64,000 bases of DNA from a virus. The position numbers and the translations under genes are program-made. This document shows, one piece after another, positions 36,079-45,162 of this stretch (position 1 is the first letter of the stretch; every line of letters begins with the position of its first letter). A model generated the notes under the pieces. That model did not search any database. It was given only the letters and a program-made list of their open reading frames with translations, and was not told the origin of the DNA. The stretch is taken from IMG/VR virus record IMGVR_UViG_3300023079_000003; one strand, 5' to 3'.

Positions 36079-36633
36079 ATGGCACTGCGCATCGTCTGGG
36101 ACAAGGCCAACGTCGATGTCAAGGTCGGCGTAACGAAGGACGGCCTGCCCGTCTACGAGGGGAAGCTCCTCTCCCGCAACGAGGAGGTCCCCGAGGCGCC
36201 GAACGTCTCCGAGTTCCAGCGGTTCATCCTCGTCTCGATCGGCGCCGCGAAGGAGGACGGCCTGGCCTCCAAGCTGGTCGCCGCCGCAGAGGCCCGCGAG
36301 CAGGAGGTGGCCCCGGCCGTCGTCCTGACCCCGGAGCAGCCGCCCTCCCCGGCCGCGCCGGCTGGTGGTCTGGGCGACTTCACCGGAGGTGCCGAGCAGA
36401 CCTCGGGCACCGTCCAGGGCCAGACCAGCCCGGAGAACACCACCCCGCCCGCACCCGAGGCCGGGGCCGAACTCCCCGAGCGGCCGGAAGACCGGGCCAA
36501 CAAGCCGGTCTGGGAGGACTACGCCGTGGCGCTCGGCTTCGACCGCGCGCTCGCGGAGTCCGAGACCAAGGCCAAGCTGATCAAGGACGCCGACCTGCGG
36601 CGCGCCGAGCTTGAGGAGACCCGGAAGGCATGA
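36079..36633 (+). CDS. Hypothetical head-region protein with a C-terminal short helical motif
   Basis: NKPVWEDYAVALG...AESETKAKLI. Confidence 0.75.
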   Translation: MALRIVWDKANVDVKVGVTKDGLPVYEGKLLSRNEEVPEAPNVSEFQRFILVSIGAAKEDGLASKLVAAAEAREQEVAPAVVLTPEQPPSPAAPAGGLGDFTGGAEQTSGTVQGQTSPENTTPPAPEAGAELPERPEDRANKPVWEDYAVALGFDRALAESETKAKLIKDADLRRAELEETRKA

Positions 36634-36869
36634 GCGACCGCCCGGAAGACGGGCCTTCGTTCGCGGAGAAGGTCCGCTCCATCGGCTACCTGTCGACGGG
36701 GCGGACCCGAGCCGTGATCTCCGAGGGCCGCAGCCACCCCGAGACCGGGGCGGCGTGGAAAAAGATCACCACCGAGGCCGGGTCGACCACCGAGCACAAC
36801 ACCCGCGATGACCGGGTGGACGCGACCGTGACCCCCGAGTCCGTCACGATCATCCGCAGGGAGGAGTAG
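36630..36869 (+). CDS. Hypothetical protein
   Basis: ATGA overlap. Confidence 0.65.
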   Translation: MSDRPEDGPSFAEKVRSIGYLSTGRTRAVISEGRSHPETGAAWKKITTEAGSTTEHNTRDDRVDATVTPESVTIIRREE

Positions 36870-36871
36870 CC

Positions 36872-37264
36872 GTGGCCAAGCCCAAGACCTACCGGGACGC
36901 CGTCGAGCAGGCGAACGCCCTGGTTGCCGAGGCGCGCCTGGCCGACCCCGAGGAGCACTTCCCGTACAAGCTGGACGAGGCAACGGCCTGGCTCGAGGCC
37001 GGCGCACCCGCCGGTCCGGGCGCGCCCGGGCAGCTCGACGGCACGGACGACACCTCCCGCACCCCGGCGGACTACACGTCGCAGCAGATCATCGACGCCT
37101 CCGCCGACTACGTCGAAGCTCAGGCCGCCTACCTCACCCACCCCAACGACGACACCCGGGGCGACTACGAGTCGGCCCGCGACCGCCTGCAGGCGGCCCG
37201 GCTCGACCACCGGCAGCACCGCACCGGCGGGTTCGTCATCGGCGCAGCAGCACGGAGGGTCTGA
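36872..37264 (+). CDS. Hypothetical protein
   Basis: GGAGGAG RBS. Confidence 0.7.
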   Translation: MAKPKTYRDAVEQANALVAEARLADPEEHFPYKLDEATAWLEAGAPAGPGAPGQLDGTDDTSRTPADYTSQQIIDASADYVEAQAAYLTHPNDDTRGDYESARDRLQAARLDHRQHRTGGFVIGAAARRV

Positions 37265-37266
37265 CC

Positions 37267-37734
37267 ATGGCCGTTACCGTCTCGGGCCTGTACGTGGCCA
37301 ACATGATCGACGTCCTCGACGCCACCCAGCTCGCCATCGACCTCAGCCTCACCTCGCACAAGCTGTCCCTGCTGTCGAACTCGGCCACCCCGAACTTCGA
37401 CACCGACGTCACGTGGAACAGCACCAACGAGGTGTTCGGTACCGGCTGGGCCACCGGCGGTGTCGCTTTGTCCGCCGCAGCCGCAGGCGGCACCTCGGCC
37501 GTCCCGACCCTGACGATCTCCCCGACCGGCACGGCCATGTACGACATGAACGACGTGGCCGTGGCATCGACCACCCTCACCAACGCCCGCGCGGTCCGGC
37601 TCTACGCGGACGCACTCGCCGGCGACAACCTCATCGTGCTGGTCAACTTCGGGGCAGACTTCTCGACCAGCAACGGCACGTTCGGCATCCAGTGGGCCGC
37701 CGCCGGTGTCTTCACGATCGACCTGACCCCCTGA
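37267..37734 (+). CDS. Putative virion structural protein (fibre base or adaptor)
   Basis: beta-rich; TNEV.GTG..TGG..L...NFG.D..TSNGTF.I.W; located in the head module. Confidence 0.6.
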   Translation: MAVTVSGLYVANMIDVLDATQLAIDLSLTSHKLSLLSNSATPNFDTDVTWNSTNEVFGTGWATGGVALSAAAAGGTSAVPTLTISPTGTAMYDMNDVAVASTTLTNARAVRLYADALAGDNLIVLVNFGADFSTSNGTFGIQWAAAGVFTIDLTP

Positions 37735-37735
37735 C

Positions 37736-38212
37736 ATGGGCCTCCCCCTGTACGACGCCTCCGTGCGCACCTCGCAGGTCACCTCCGGGCAGGTGCTCTG
37801 CGCACTGCTCGGCCCTACCGGCGCGGTCGGGACCGCACGCGCCATCCGTATCCGGCAGGTCATCATCAGCAACACCACGGCGACAGGGTTCGGGGTAGGG
37901 CTGGGCCTGGCCGGTGGTGCCGGCGCAACCCCCGGCGGAGGCGCCGGTTCACCACCCGGCGTTCGCAGAGGATCCTCCGCGATCGACACCCCCTCCGTGG
38001 CGGCGAACCTCTACACCACCTACGCCACCCAGCCCACCGTCCCCTCGATCTACGCCTTCCGGCTGTGGGTTCCCGGGTCGTCGATGGTCGTGCTGCCGTT
38101 CGCGGACGGTGACGAGCTGGTGGTCCCACCGGCGGCCACCCCGCTGCCCTTCTGCATCTGGAACACCGGCACCGGGCAGATTGCCGACGTGTCGCTCACC
38201 TGGGAGGAGTAG
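37736..38212 (+). CDS. Putative virion structural protein
   Basis: Gly/Ala/Thr beta-rich; lies between structural genes. Confidence 0.55.
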   Translation: MGLPLYDASVRTSQVTSGQVLCALLGPTGAVGTARAIRIRQVIISNTTATGFGVGLGLAGGAGATPGGGAGSPPGVRRGSSAIDTPSVAANLYTTYATQPTVPSIYAFRLWVPGSSMVVLPFADGDELVVPPAATPLPFCIWNTGTGQIADVSLTWEE

Positions 38213-38215
38213 CCC

Positions 38216-40759
38216 ATGGGGGTGGTCGGTCCCGGAGGTGGAACCACCTACGTCGGACCCATCGTCGGACCAGGCGCCCGGCCGCAGGCCATCCCCGTCC
38301 TCTACACGCAGGCCGCCGCCGACGCCACGATCGCCCCGGCCGCAGTCGCCGCCACCACCAGCATCCCCGTCGCCGGCGGCACCTTCTGGCAGCAGACATT
38401 CGACCAGGGCACCAACGGCGCCACGATCACCACCGGCAACTCCGACGGTGCCGGCACCACCCCGGACTCGAACCCGTTCACGTTCGTGTCGATCGCCGCG
38501 ACCGGCACGGCCACCTACTCGACCACCGCCTTCCGGGGGGCCATGGCCGGGCGGTTCTCCTCCGGCGGCACCGCCGGTCTGGTCTACGGGGAGCGGCTGC
38601 TCGGTACGAACTCCGCGCAGCCGTTGTACGTGCGCCTCCGCTTCCAGATGCCCGTCCTGCCCGGCGACTCGACCGGCATCCGCCCCATGGTCATCACCGA
38701 CGGGGTCGGCGCGTTCCAGCTCGACATCCGCCTGAACAACGCGGGCAAGGCCGCCCTCTACACCGGCACCGGCTCCCTGGTCGCACTGTCGACCACCACC
38801 TACGCGGCAGGTGACTGGGTCGACGTCGGCGCCTCGCTGAAGACGATCTCCGCTTCCGTGGGCGTGTCCGAGCTGGTGCTGTTCAACGCCGGCGGCAGCA
38901 TCATCGAGACCATCACCTCCGGGTCGATCGACACCATCCGGGGCGGCGGCGCGCAGAAGCTGCAGGTCGGCATGATCCGCTCCGGGATCACCTCGTTCGC
39001 CGTGCTGATCGACGACGTGGCCATCAGCACCGCCGGGTACCCGCAGTGGCCGACCTCGACCGGGACGACCGCGCTCCCGGCCAGCGTCACCACGACCGCC
39101 GCGATCACAGCCCCCGCCTTGTGGTCCGACAGCAGCCCGACACCGGCCGCCGTCCCGGCCGTGAGCACCGTCAGCGCCCCCCTGCTCCTCTCCGATACGT
39201 CGGTAACCCCGGGCGTGGTCCCGGCCGTGACGGCGATCCCAGCCGCCGGCGCGCAGGTCTCCCGCACCAGCACCCCCGCCGTGGTGTTGGCCGTGACCGT
39301 CGTGCCCGCACCGACTGTGAGGCTCGGCGTCCTCCCGGCACCGGCCGTGGTCACTGCGGTGACCGGGGTGGGCGCGACCACGAGAACCGCAACCGTCCAG
39401 TTGACCGCGACCGCCGTGCCCGCCGTGACCTCGGTGCCGGCACCCGCGACGCAGACGGGCAGCACCCTCGCCCCGCCGACCGTCGCAGCAGCAACCGTGC
39501 TGCCGGGCGCGACACCGGCCGGGAGCACCACGGCTGGGGGGAACACGGTGGTAGCTGCCGTTACCGTCCCCTCGCACGCGGTAGGCGCCGGTGCCGGCGC
39601 GGCCCCCACGACCGTGGCCGCCGTGACCACGGTCCCCGCCACCGCACTGGCATCCGCCGCCGCAACGATCCCCGGCACCGTGGCCGCTGCCACCGCGATC
39701 CCCACTCCGACCGTGGCGACGTCGGCCGCCGGCACAGCAGCACCGCCGACGGTCACAGCCACCTCGAGCATTCCGGCCCCGGCCCTGTCGACCGGGCTCA
39801 CCGCCGCCCCGGCCGTGGTTGCTGCAGCAACCACAGTGCCCGCACCCACGGTCCGGCTGGCTGTCCTCCCCGCACCCGCGCAGGTCGCCGCCGTGACCGC
39901 AATCCCCGCACCAGGTCTCCGTACGGGGTCCACCGTCCTGCCCGGCACGGTCACCGCGCTGACCACCGTCGGCTCCCCGCAGGCAGGGGCGGGCAACGCC
40001 GCCCAGCCCCCACCGGTCACCGCGACCGCAACTGTGGGCGCGCCGGCGCTGACGACCTCGACGATCAGCAGCCCCGCCACCGTCACAGGTGCCGCCGCGA
40101 TCACCGCCCCCGCTCTCACCGCAGCAGCCCTCCCCACACCTGCACCAGTGGCCGGGACGGCGAGCATCCCCGGCGCGGAGATCCAGCGGACGGCCCTGGC
40201 CACCCCCGGTGTGGTCGCCGCAACCTCGGGCATCCCGGCGCCGGTCGTGGGGTCGGAGAACCGCGCGCTCCCCGGCACGGTCGCCGCGACCTCGGGCATC
40301 CCGGCCGCGACCATCCGGCTGTCCTCCGCCGTCACCCCGGCCACGGTCGGTGCGCTCGCCCAGATCGCCGCCGTGCAGGCCCTCACCTCGGTCCGGCTCG
40401 CCCCCAGCACGGTGACCGCCACCTCCACGATCGGCGGGGCCGCGTCCGGGCGGGTCGGCATCCTGCCCCTCGCCGTGACCGCGACGACCACGATCGGCGG
40501 GGCCGTACGCATCGGCATCGCCGTCCCCGCGAGCACCGTCACCGCCTGGGCGGCCATCCCCGAGCCCAAGCACACGGTCGGGCAGGTAGTCACCGCCACC
40601 GGCACCTACGAGCTGGGGGGCCTACCGCAGCCGCACAGCCTGGCCACCACCGCCCAGACCAGGATCTTGACCAACACGCCGGCGACGGCGACCGTCACCA
40701 GCAGCAGCCCGGCACCGGTGGCGGTGACCGGGGAGTCCCCGCCCGGAAGGGTCACCTGA
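38216..40759 (+). CDS. Putative virion fibre: N-terminal LamG/jelly-roll-like domain plus about 23 22-aa Ala/Thr/Val/Pro repeats
   Basis: YVRLRF...W.DV...IDDVAIS domain, then xxPxxVxAxTxIPAP repeats. Confidence 0.7.
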   Translation: MGVVGPGGGTTYVGPIVGPGARPQAIPVLYTQAAADATIAPAAVAATTSIPVAGGTFWQQTFDQGTNGATITTGNSDGAGTTPDSNPFTFVSIAATGTATYSTTAFRGAMAGRFSSGGTAGLVYGERLLGTNSAQPLYVRLRFQMPVLPGDSTGIRPMVITDGVGAFQLDIRLNNAGKAALYTGTGSLVALSTTTYAAGDWVDVGASLKTISASVGVSELVLFNAGGSIIETITSGSIDTIRGGGAQKLQVGMIRSGITSFAVLIDDVAISTAGYPQWPTSTGTTALPASVTTTAAITAPALWSDSSPTPAAVPAVSTVSAPLLLSDTSVTPGVVPAVTAIPAAGAQVSRTSTPAVVLAVTVVPAPTVRLGVLPAPAVVTAVTGVGATTRTATVQLTATAVPAVTSVPAPATQTGSTLAPPTVAAATVLPGATPAGSTTAGGNTVVAAVTVPSHAVGAGAGAAPTTVAAVTTVPATALASAAATIPGTVAAATAIPTPTVATSAAGTAAPPTVTATSSIPAPALSTGLTAAPAVVAAATTVPAPTVRLAVLPAPAQVAAVTAIPAPGLRTGSTVLPGTVTALTTVGSPQAGAGNAAQPPPVTATATVGAPALTTSTISSPATVTGAAAITAPALTAAALPTPAPVAGTASIPGAEIQRTALATPGVVAATSGIPAPVVGSENRALPGTVAATSGIPAATIRLSSAVTPATVGALAQIAAVQALTSVRLAPSTVTATSTIGGAASGRVGILPLAVTATTTIGGAVRIGIAVPASTVTAWAAIPEPKHTVGQVVTATGTYELGGLPQPHSLATTAQTRILTNTPATATVTSSSPAPVAVTGESPPGRVT
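39067..40570 (+). repeat. Degenerate 66-bp (22-aa) coding repeat array, about 23 units
   Basis: e.g. TPAAVPAVSTVSAP / TPGVVPAVTAIPAA / APAVVAAATTVPAP / LPGTVAATSGIPAA. Confidence 0.75.
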
Positions 40760-41517
40760 TGTCCCAGACCGTCTACACCGTCGGCAACCCGATCACCTCC
40801 CGCATCAAGCTCGGCGTCACCCCCGACGTGTCGACGATCGTCACGCTGCAGGTGCTCCGCCCCGACGGCACTGCCATCGCAACCCCGGCGATCTCCGCCT
40901 GGTCCGGTGACGGCGGCGACGAGAAAGCCGCCCAGTGGTACGCCACCAACGACGGCCAGTCCGGCGGCCTCGTCGACCTGGCCGACGGCGACTGGGTTGC
41001 CATCTGGTCCGTGACCGGGACCGGGGCGGTGGTGGCCGCGAAGGTCTTCAACGTCGTGCCCCTGCCCGCCGCCGGCGCACGCCCCGAGTGGTTGCCGTTC
41101 CTCTCCCAGGTGGCCGGGCACGTCCCGTGGCTGACCGTCGACCAGGTGACCGTGGGCTCCGACCTGTACCTCAACACCTTCAACGGCAACACCCAACCAA
41201 CCGACGAGACCGCGCAGCAGCACATCGACCAGGCGGCCACCCCGGTCGTCGCCATCATCACCTCACTGCCCGCCCGGCTGATCCCGTTCGCCCGGGCGGT
41301 GGTCGCACTCCGCGCGGCAGCATCCATTGCCCGCGCCTTCCCGAACCGGTTCGACAACGCACTCGCCATCGCCGCAGCCCTCGACAAGCAGGCCACCTCC
41401 GACTACAAGATCCTCACCGAGCAGCTCGAGGACGAGGGGGTCGTGCCCGGCGAGGCCGGCAAGCCCTGGTGGTCGTTCCCCACCCCGGTCGCCTACCCGG
41501 GCGACCACAACCTGTGA
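40759..41517 (+). CDS. Head-to-tail adaptor with N-terminal Ig-like domain
   Basis: C-terminal helical AQQHIDQAA...ARAVVALRAAASI; position. Confidence 0.6.
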   Translation: MSQTVYTVGNPITSRIKLGVTPDVSTIVTLQVLRPDGTAIATPAISAWSGDGGDEKAAQWYATNDGQSGGLVDLADGDWVAIWSVTGTGAVVAAKVFNVVPLPAAGARPEWLPFLSQVAGHVPWLTVDQVTVGSDLYLNTFNGNTQPTDETAQQHIDQAATPVVAIITSLPARLIPFARAVVALRAAASIARAFPNRFDNALAIAAALDKQATSDYKILTEQLEDEGVVPGEAGKPWWSFPTPVAYPGDHNL

Positions 41518-41530
41518 AGGAGTAACACCC

Positions 41531-41857
41531 ATGGCCGACTACCCGGCGCAGGGCACGCGAGGCTCGCAGTCCCCGACCGCGCTCACCCGGCGCACCGGCT
41601 CCGCCGCCTCCGACCGAGTCCCCGCCGCCTCGCGGGTCGTCTTCAACAACACCGGTGCCGGCGCGCACGTCATCACCCTCACCAACACCGGCACCTACAA
41701 GGGCCGCACGGTCGGCAACGTCACGATCAACGTGGCCGCCGGCGCGGGCGCCGAATACACCATCGACCCGGACCTCGACGGTGACGGCGACGGGTACGTG
41801 GCCGTCGCCATCGACGGCACCGCCACCGAGGTCACCTACTTCGTCCTGGGAGCCTGA
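41531..41857 (+). CDS. Small beta-rich virion protein
   Basis: AAGGAG RBS; VVFNNTG...ITL...VAAG. Confidence 0.6.
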   Translation: MADYPAQGTRGSQSPTALTRRTGSAASDRVPAASRVVFNNTGAGAHVITLTNTGTYKGRTVGNVTINVAAGAGAEYTIDPDLDGDGDGYVAVAIDGTATEVTYFVLGA

Positions 41858-41859
41858 TC

Positions 41860-42381
41860 ATGGTCTACGAACCCCGCGACTACACCGCCCTCGTCGTCAT
41901 CACCCACAACGCGGCGGCCGTGGCCTTCCCCGGCGACGGCGTCACCCGCTACCAGGTCGAGGGCCTGGGGCTCAAGGTCGGCGTGCAGGTCAAGCCCGAG
42001 CGGACCGGGCTGGTCGACCTGCCGGACAAGGGCGACACCCGCGACGCCTGGTACAACTACGCGGTCAACCAGCCGGAGGTGGACGTCGCCTCCCTCGACG
42101 ACATGACCCGCGCGCAGCTCATCGCGGCGTTCTCCGGTGAGGAGCCCGCCGAGGAGGTCGTCCTCACCCCGCCGGCGCACAACGCGAAGAAGGCGGACTG
42201 GGTCGCCTACGCCATCCGCCGGGAGCCCGCGCTCACCGAGGAGGACGCCAACAAGCTGACCCGCGAGGAGCTGATCGCCCGGTACGACACTGGCGGCACG
42301 CTCGACCAGGAGGAGTCGCAGGGCCTTCAGCGGGTGCCGGTCGTCGACCCCGACGCCGACGGTCAGCCGAAGCAGAAGTAG
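41860..42381 (+). CDS. Hypothetical protein with two copies of a short helical motif
   Basis: RDAWYNYAV...DDMTRAQLIA and KADWVAYAI...NKLTREELIA. Confidence 0.7.
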   Translation: MVYEPRDYTALVVITHNAAAVAFPGDGVTRYQVEGLGLKVGVQVKPERTGLVDLPDKGDTRDAWYNYAVNQPEVDVASLDDMTRAQLIAAFSGEEPAEEVVLTPPAHNAKKADWVAYAIRREPALTEEDANKLTREELIARYDTGGTLDQEESQGLQRVPVVDPDADGQPKQK

Positions 42382-42387
42382 CCGGTC

Positions 42388-42807
42388 GTGGTCCGCTTCG
42401 TCTGGGACCGGGGGTGGGAGGGCACCCTCAAGCGCGAGGGCAAGTCGCGCGTGGCCGCTGCCGCCGGCATGGGCCGGGAGGAGATGAAGCGCAACATGCC
42501 CGTCTCCGAGGACGGCTCCGGCGGTCGACCGCCCGGGTATGCCCGCGCCAGCGTCGAGGTCATCGAGGGCGGGTCCGGGCCGGGCTACTACTTCGACGCC
42601 GGCGCGACCGCGCGGACCGAGGACGGCTTCCCCTACCCCGCCGTGCTCGAGTTCGGGTCGGCCCCTCACGTCATCACGTCGAAGGGCGACTACCCGCTGC
42701 GGGACAAGCACGGCAACGTGTTCGGCAAGACCGTCAACCACCCGGGCACGCCGGAGTACGCCTGGTGCCGGCGGGCCATCGCGGAGATTGAGGGGCGGGA
42801 GCTGTGA
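42388..42807 (+). CDS. HK97 gp10-like tail completion protein
   Basis: YPAVLEFGS.PH.I...V.HPGT. Confidence 0.75.
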   Translation: MVRFVWDRGWEGTLKREGKSRVAAAAGMGREEMKRNMPVSEDGSGGRPPGYARASVEVIEGGSGPGYYFDAGATARTEDGFPYPAVLEFGSAPHVITSKGDYPLRDKHGNVFGKTVNHPGTPEYAWCRRAIAEIEGREL

Positions 42808-43241
42808 CCTCGGTTGCCGACGCGGAGGCCGTTGCCTGCGAGTGGATCAACAGCCGGTCGGGGACGCTGGTCGGCCCGACCCACCCGCTGGCCAAGGGCG
42901 CGCTCCTGAACCGCATGGAGGGCCACCCGCCCGCACCGTACGCGTACGTGTCCGCGCCCACCCCGGCGACGAGGGCGTTCGGCGTGGAGTCGCCGGCGAT
43001 GCGCGCCCCCGTGTCGTTCCAGGTCTACGCCGCGTCGAAGCAAGGGGCGTGTGACGGGGCCATGGCCCTGGTCGAGGAGATGATCACGGAGCTTGACGGG
43101 GTGGCGAAACTGATCACCCTGCCGCGCGGCGAGCAGGTGTGGATCCTGGTCGCGGACGAGATCGAGGGGCCTTCGTGGCAGCCCGACCTCAGGTCCCCCC
43201 GGTACGTCGTCACGGCCGACCTGTACCTGCAGCCGGAGTGA
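42804..43241 (+). CDS. Tail terminator
   Basis: DAEAVACEWI...VSFQVYA...RYVVTADL; lies before the major tail gene. Confidence 0.65.
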   Translation: MTSVADAEAVACEWINSRSGTLVGPTHPLAKGALLNRMEGHPPAPYAYVSAPTPATRAFGVESPAMRAPVSFQVYAASKQGACDGAMALVEEMITELDGVAKLITLPRGEQVWILVADEIEGPSWQPDLRSPRYVVTADLYLQPE

Positions 43242-43270
43242 CCGCCGCCCGCTGATCACTTTGTGACACG

Positions 43271-43352
43271 TGGTGGGCCGGGGCGGGAGTTGAACCCGCA
43301 CTCACCCCTGACTGTGGGGTCCTCTGCCCGAGAGATGCCCAGCCCGCGACCC
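43271..43352 (-). tRNA. Atypical tRNA-like gene (anticodon-loop centre AGU, Thr-like); possibly degenerate
   Basis: GCGGG-TTCAACT-CCCGC T-arm; encoded 3' ACCA; ACCCC/GGGGT stem with 7-nt loop; 8-bp acceptor with a bulge; non-canonical D-arm. Confidence 0.6.
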
Positions 43353-43490
43353 ACCGGTGTTGCTCAGTGGGGGCTCCACGCCACTCAGGCAGATTCCTTG
43401 CGGACCCCGTGATCCTGGCGCGCTTCGCTGATCTTTATACGCCACACCTGTGACGTCTTAGGTGCACAACCCGCGATCACCCCCCGGGAT

Positions 43491-43506
43491 TGTGACTCAC
43501 CTCACG
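43491..43506. promoter_or_regulatory. CRP/GlxR-like operator
   Basis: TGTGA-N6-TCACG, one mismatch to TGTGA-N6-TCACA, in the 390-bp intergenic region. Confidence 0.3.
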
Positions 43507-43632
43507 AAAAAAGAGTGTCGGTCGACCTCACGCAGAACCCTCCCCAGCACTCACAGATTCCCGCACCGGCAAGAGCCGGAGGCGGGCCTCCCCAACCCCA
43601 AGGAGCCAAGGGCTCCGGAGAGGAACGCGGCC

Positions 43633-44211
43633 ATGCCCGCAGCAGTTGTCCCCAAGAACGCACTCTCGCTCGGCGCCGGTTACCTGTACTGGGCGGCGAT
43701 CGGAGTATCCGAGCCCGGCTGGACCGTCACCGGCTCCGTCTTCACCGACGCGTGGACCGGCTGGTCCCTGCTCGGCATCACCCGAGAAGGCCACGAGCTG
43801 ACCTACGAGATCAACACCGACACCATCGAAGCGGCCGAGTACCTCGACCCGCTCATGTACGTCACCACCGGGCGTAACGGCGGCATGTCATTCGACATGA
43901 TGCAGGTCCACGCCCAGAACTTCCGCCGGGCCATCAACGCCGGCACCCCGTCGACCACCGGCTCGGGCACCACGCTGCGCACCACCGTCCGCCCACCGGC
44001 GGCTGGTGCTGAGCTGCGCTGCCAGCTCGGCTGGGAGTCTCAGGCCAACGACGAGCGCCTGATCGCCATGCAGTGCTTCCAGTCCGGCACGATCTCCGTC
44101 CAGCGCCGCAAGGGCGCCGACAACGCGTCCATCCCGGTCGAGTACCGGTTCGAGATCGACGCCAACGGCGACCCCTTCCGCTACGAGACCGCAGGGACGC
44201 TCCGTGGCTGA
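43633..44211 (+). CDS. Major tail (tube) protein
   Basis: LSLGAG.LY.A.IG...W..LG.T.EG....Y, DPL; position. Confidence 0.85.
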   Translation: MPAAVVPKNALSLGAGYLYWAAIGVSEPGWTVTGSVFTDAWTGWSLLGITREGHELTYEINTDTIEAAEYLDPLMYVTTGRNGGMSFDMMQVHAQNFRRAINAGTPSTTGSGTTLRTTVRPPAAGAELRCQLGWESQANDERLIAMQCFQSGTISVQRRKGADNASIPVEYRFEIDANGDPFRYETAGTLRG

Positions 44212-44950
44212 GGCGATGAACGGCACCATCCTCAACGCGCAGGGCAGACCGTTCGGCCCGCCCCCCGGTGGGTGGCCTGCCGCACCCGCCACCGCGACCG
44301 CGCCGGCACAGCTCTCGTTCACCTCGCAGCCGCCGGTCAACGCCGCCTCGATGCACACCATCCAGCAGACGGAGGAGGGCGTCGCCCAGGACGACCCGGC
44401 CGCCGACCCGAACATGGTGCTGTTCAAGGTGCGCGGCTCCAACGACCCCGGCCGCTACTTCCGGATGTCCGACCGCATCGGCCTCATGCCGCTGCTGCGG
44501 TTCGCGCACTCGGCCCGAGGCGGCGTCGACTCGACAGACCCGAAAGCCCTCATCGCCCTGTACGACATGATCGCGGACTGCATCGACCAGAACCGGCCGC
44601 AGCGGCTCGCCATCAACCCCGAGACGGGGCAGGGCTACCTCGACCCGAACACCGGCCAACCGGCGATGGAGGATGCCGGCCCGTCCCAGTGGGACGACTT
44701 CCAGGACTACGCCACAGCCGAGAAGGCTGACGACGAAGACCTCATGGAAATGGTCGGGACGGTGATCGAGAAGATCTCGGCGCGCTCAAAAGCGCAGCGT
44801 GGCAGCTCGCCGGGTGGGCAGGCGCCCACCTCGACGAACTCGAAGGACGTCTCACCCTCGCAGGCCACCGCGCCGGCGACGGGTGGCCGGGTGCCCGAGG
44901 GCATGGAAGGGCTGGTCTCGGTCAGCTCTCTGGTCCAAGGTCAGCCCTAG
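44204..44950 (+). CDS. Tail assembly chaperone (G)
   Basis: Lies between the tube and TMP genes; L.RFA...YD.I..CI...W.DFQ..A. Confidence 0.75.
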   Translation: MAEAMNGTILNAQGRPFGPPPGGWPAAPATATAPAQLSFTSQPPVNAASMHTIQQTEEGVAQDDPAADPNMVLFKVRGSNDPGRYFRMSDRIGLMPLLRFAHSARGGVDSTDPKALIALYDMIADCIDQNRPQRLAINPETGQGYLDPNTGQPAMEDAGPSQWDDFQDYATAEKADDEDLMEMVGTVIEKISARSKAQRGSSPGGQAPTSTNSKDVSPSQATAPATGGRVPEGMEGLVSVSSLVQGQP

Positions 44951-45162
44951 ACGAGCTGCCACTCCGGGTCATCCTCAACGTCGTCTACGCGCTCCTCGTC
45001 GATGGGCTCGACGCCAAGGAGCGTGAGCAGTTCGACGCTGACCTCGCCGCTGGCGTGGAAGGCGGCTGGGCGCAGGTCTCGCAGACCGCGCTCACGCGAC
45101 TGGATCACATAGCCGACGTGCAGGAGGGCATCGAACCGACAGCCCGGGTCGAGGAGACCTAA
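44788..45162 (+). CDS. -1 frame extension of the tail assembly chaperone (GT)
   Basis: Open -1 frame WQLAGWAGAHLDELEGRL...LDELPLRVILNVVYALL... ends at the TMP start (TAATG); no start codon of its own. Confidence 0.65.
   Translation, partial: KSAAWQLAGWAGAHLDELEGRLTLAGHRAGDGWPGARGHGRAGLGQLSGPRSALDELPLRVILNVVYALLVDGLDAKEREQFDADLAAGVEGGWAQVSQTALTRLDHIADVQEGIEPTARVEET

Noticed and set aside
39067-40570. CRISPR array or DNA-level tandem repeat
   Set aside because: The periodicity is at protein level with degenerate DNA. No identical repeats with spacers were seen anywhere in the window.
37949-40573. 874-aa minus-strand ORF (and 38800..40605)
   Set aside because: Antisense shadow of the repeat fibre gene; Gly/Arg-rich, typical of high-GC reverse frames.
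43271-43352. Selenocysteine tRNA reading (8/5 stem; UCA in the loop)
   Set aside because: UCA is off-centre in the loop and there is no long variable arm.
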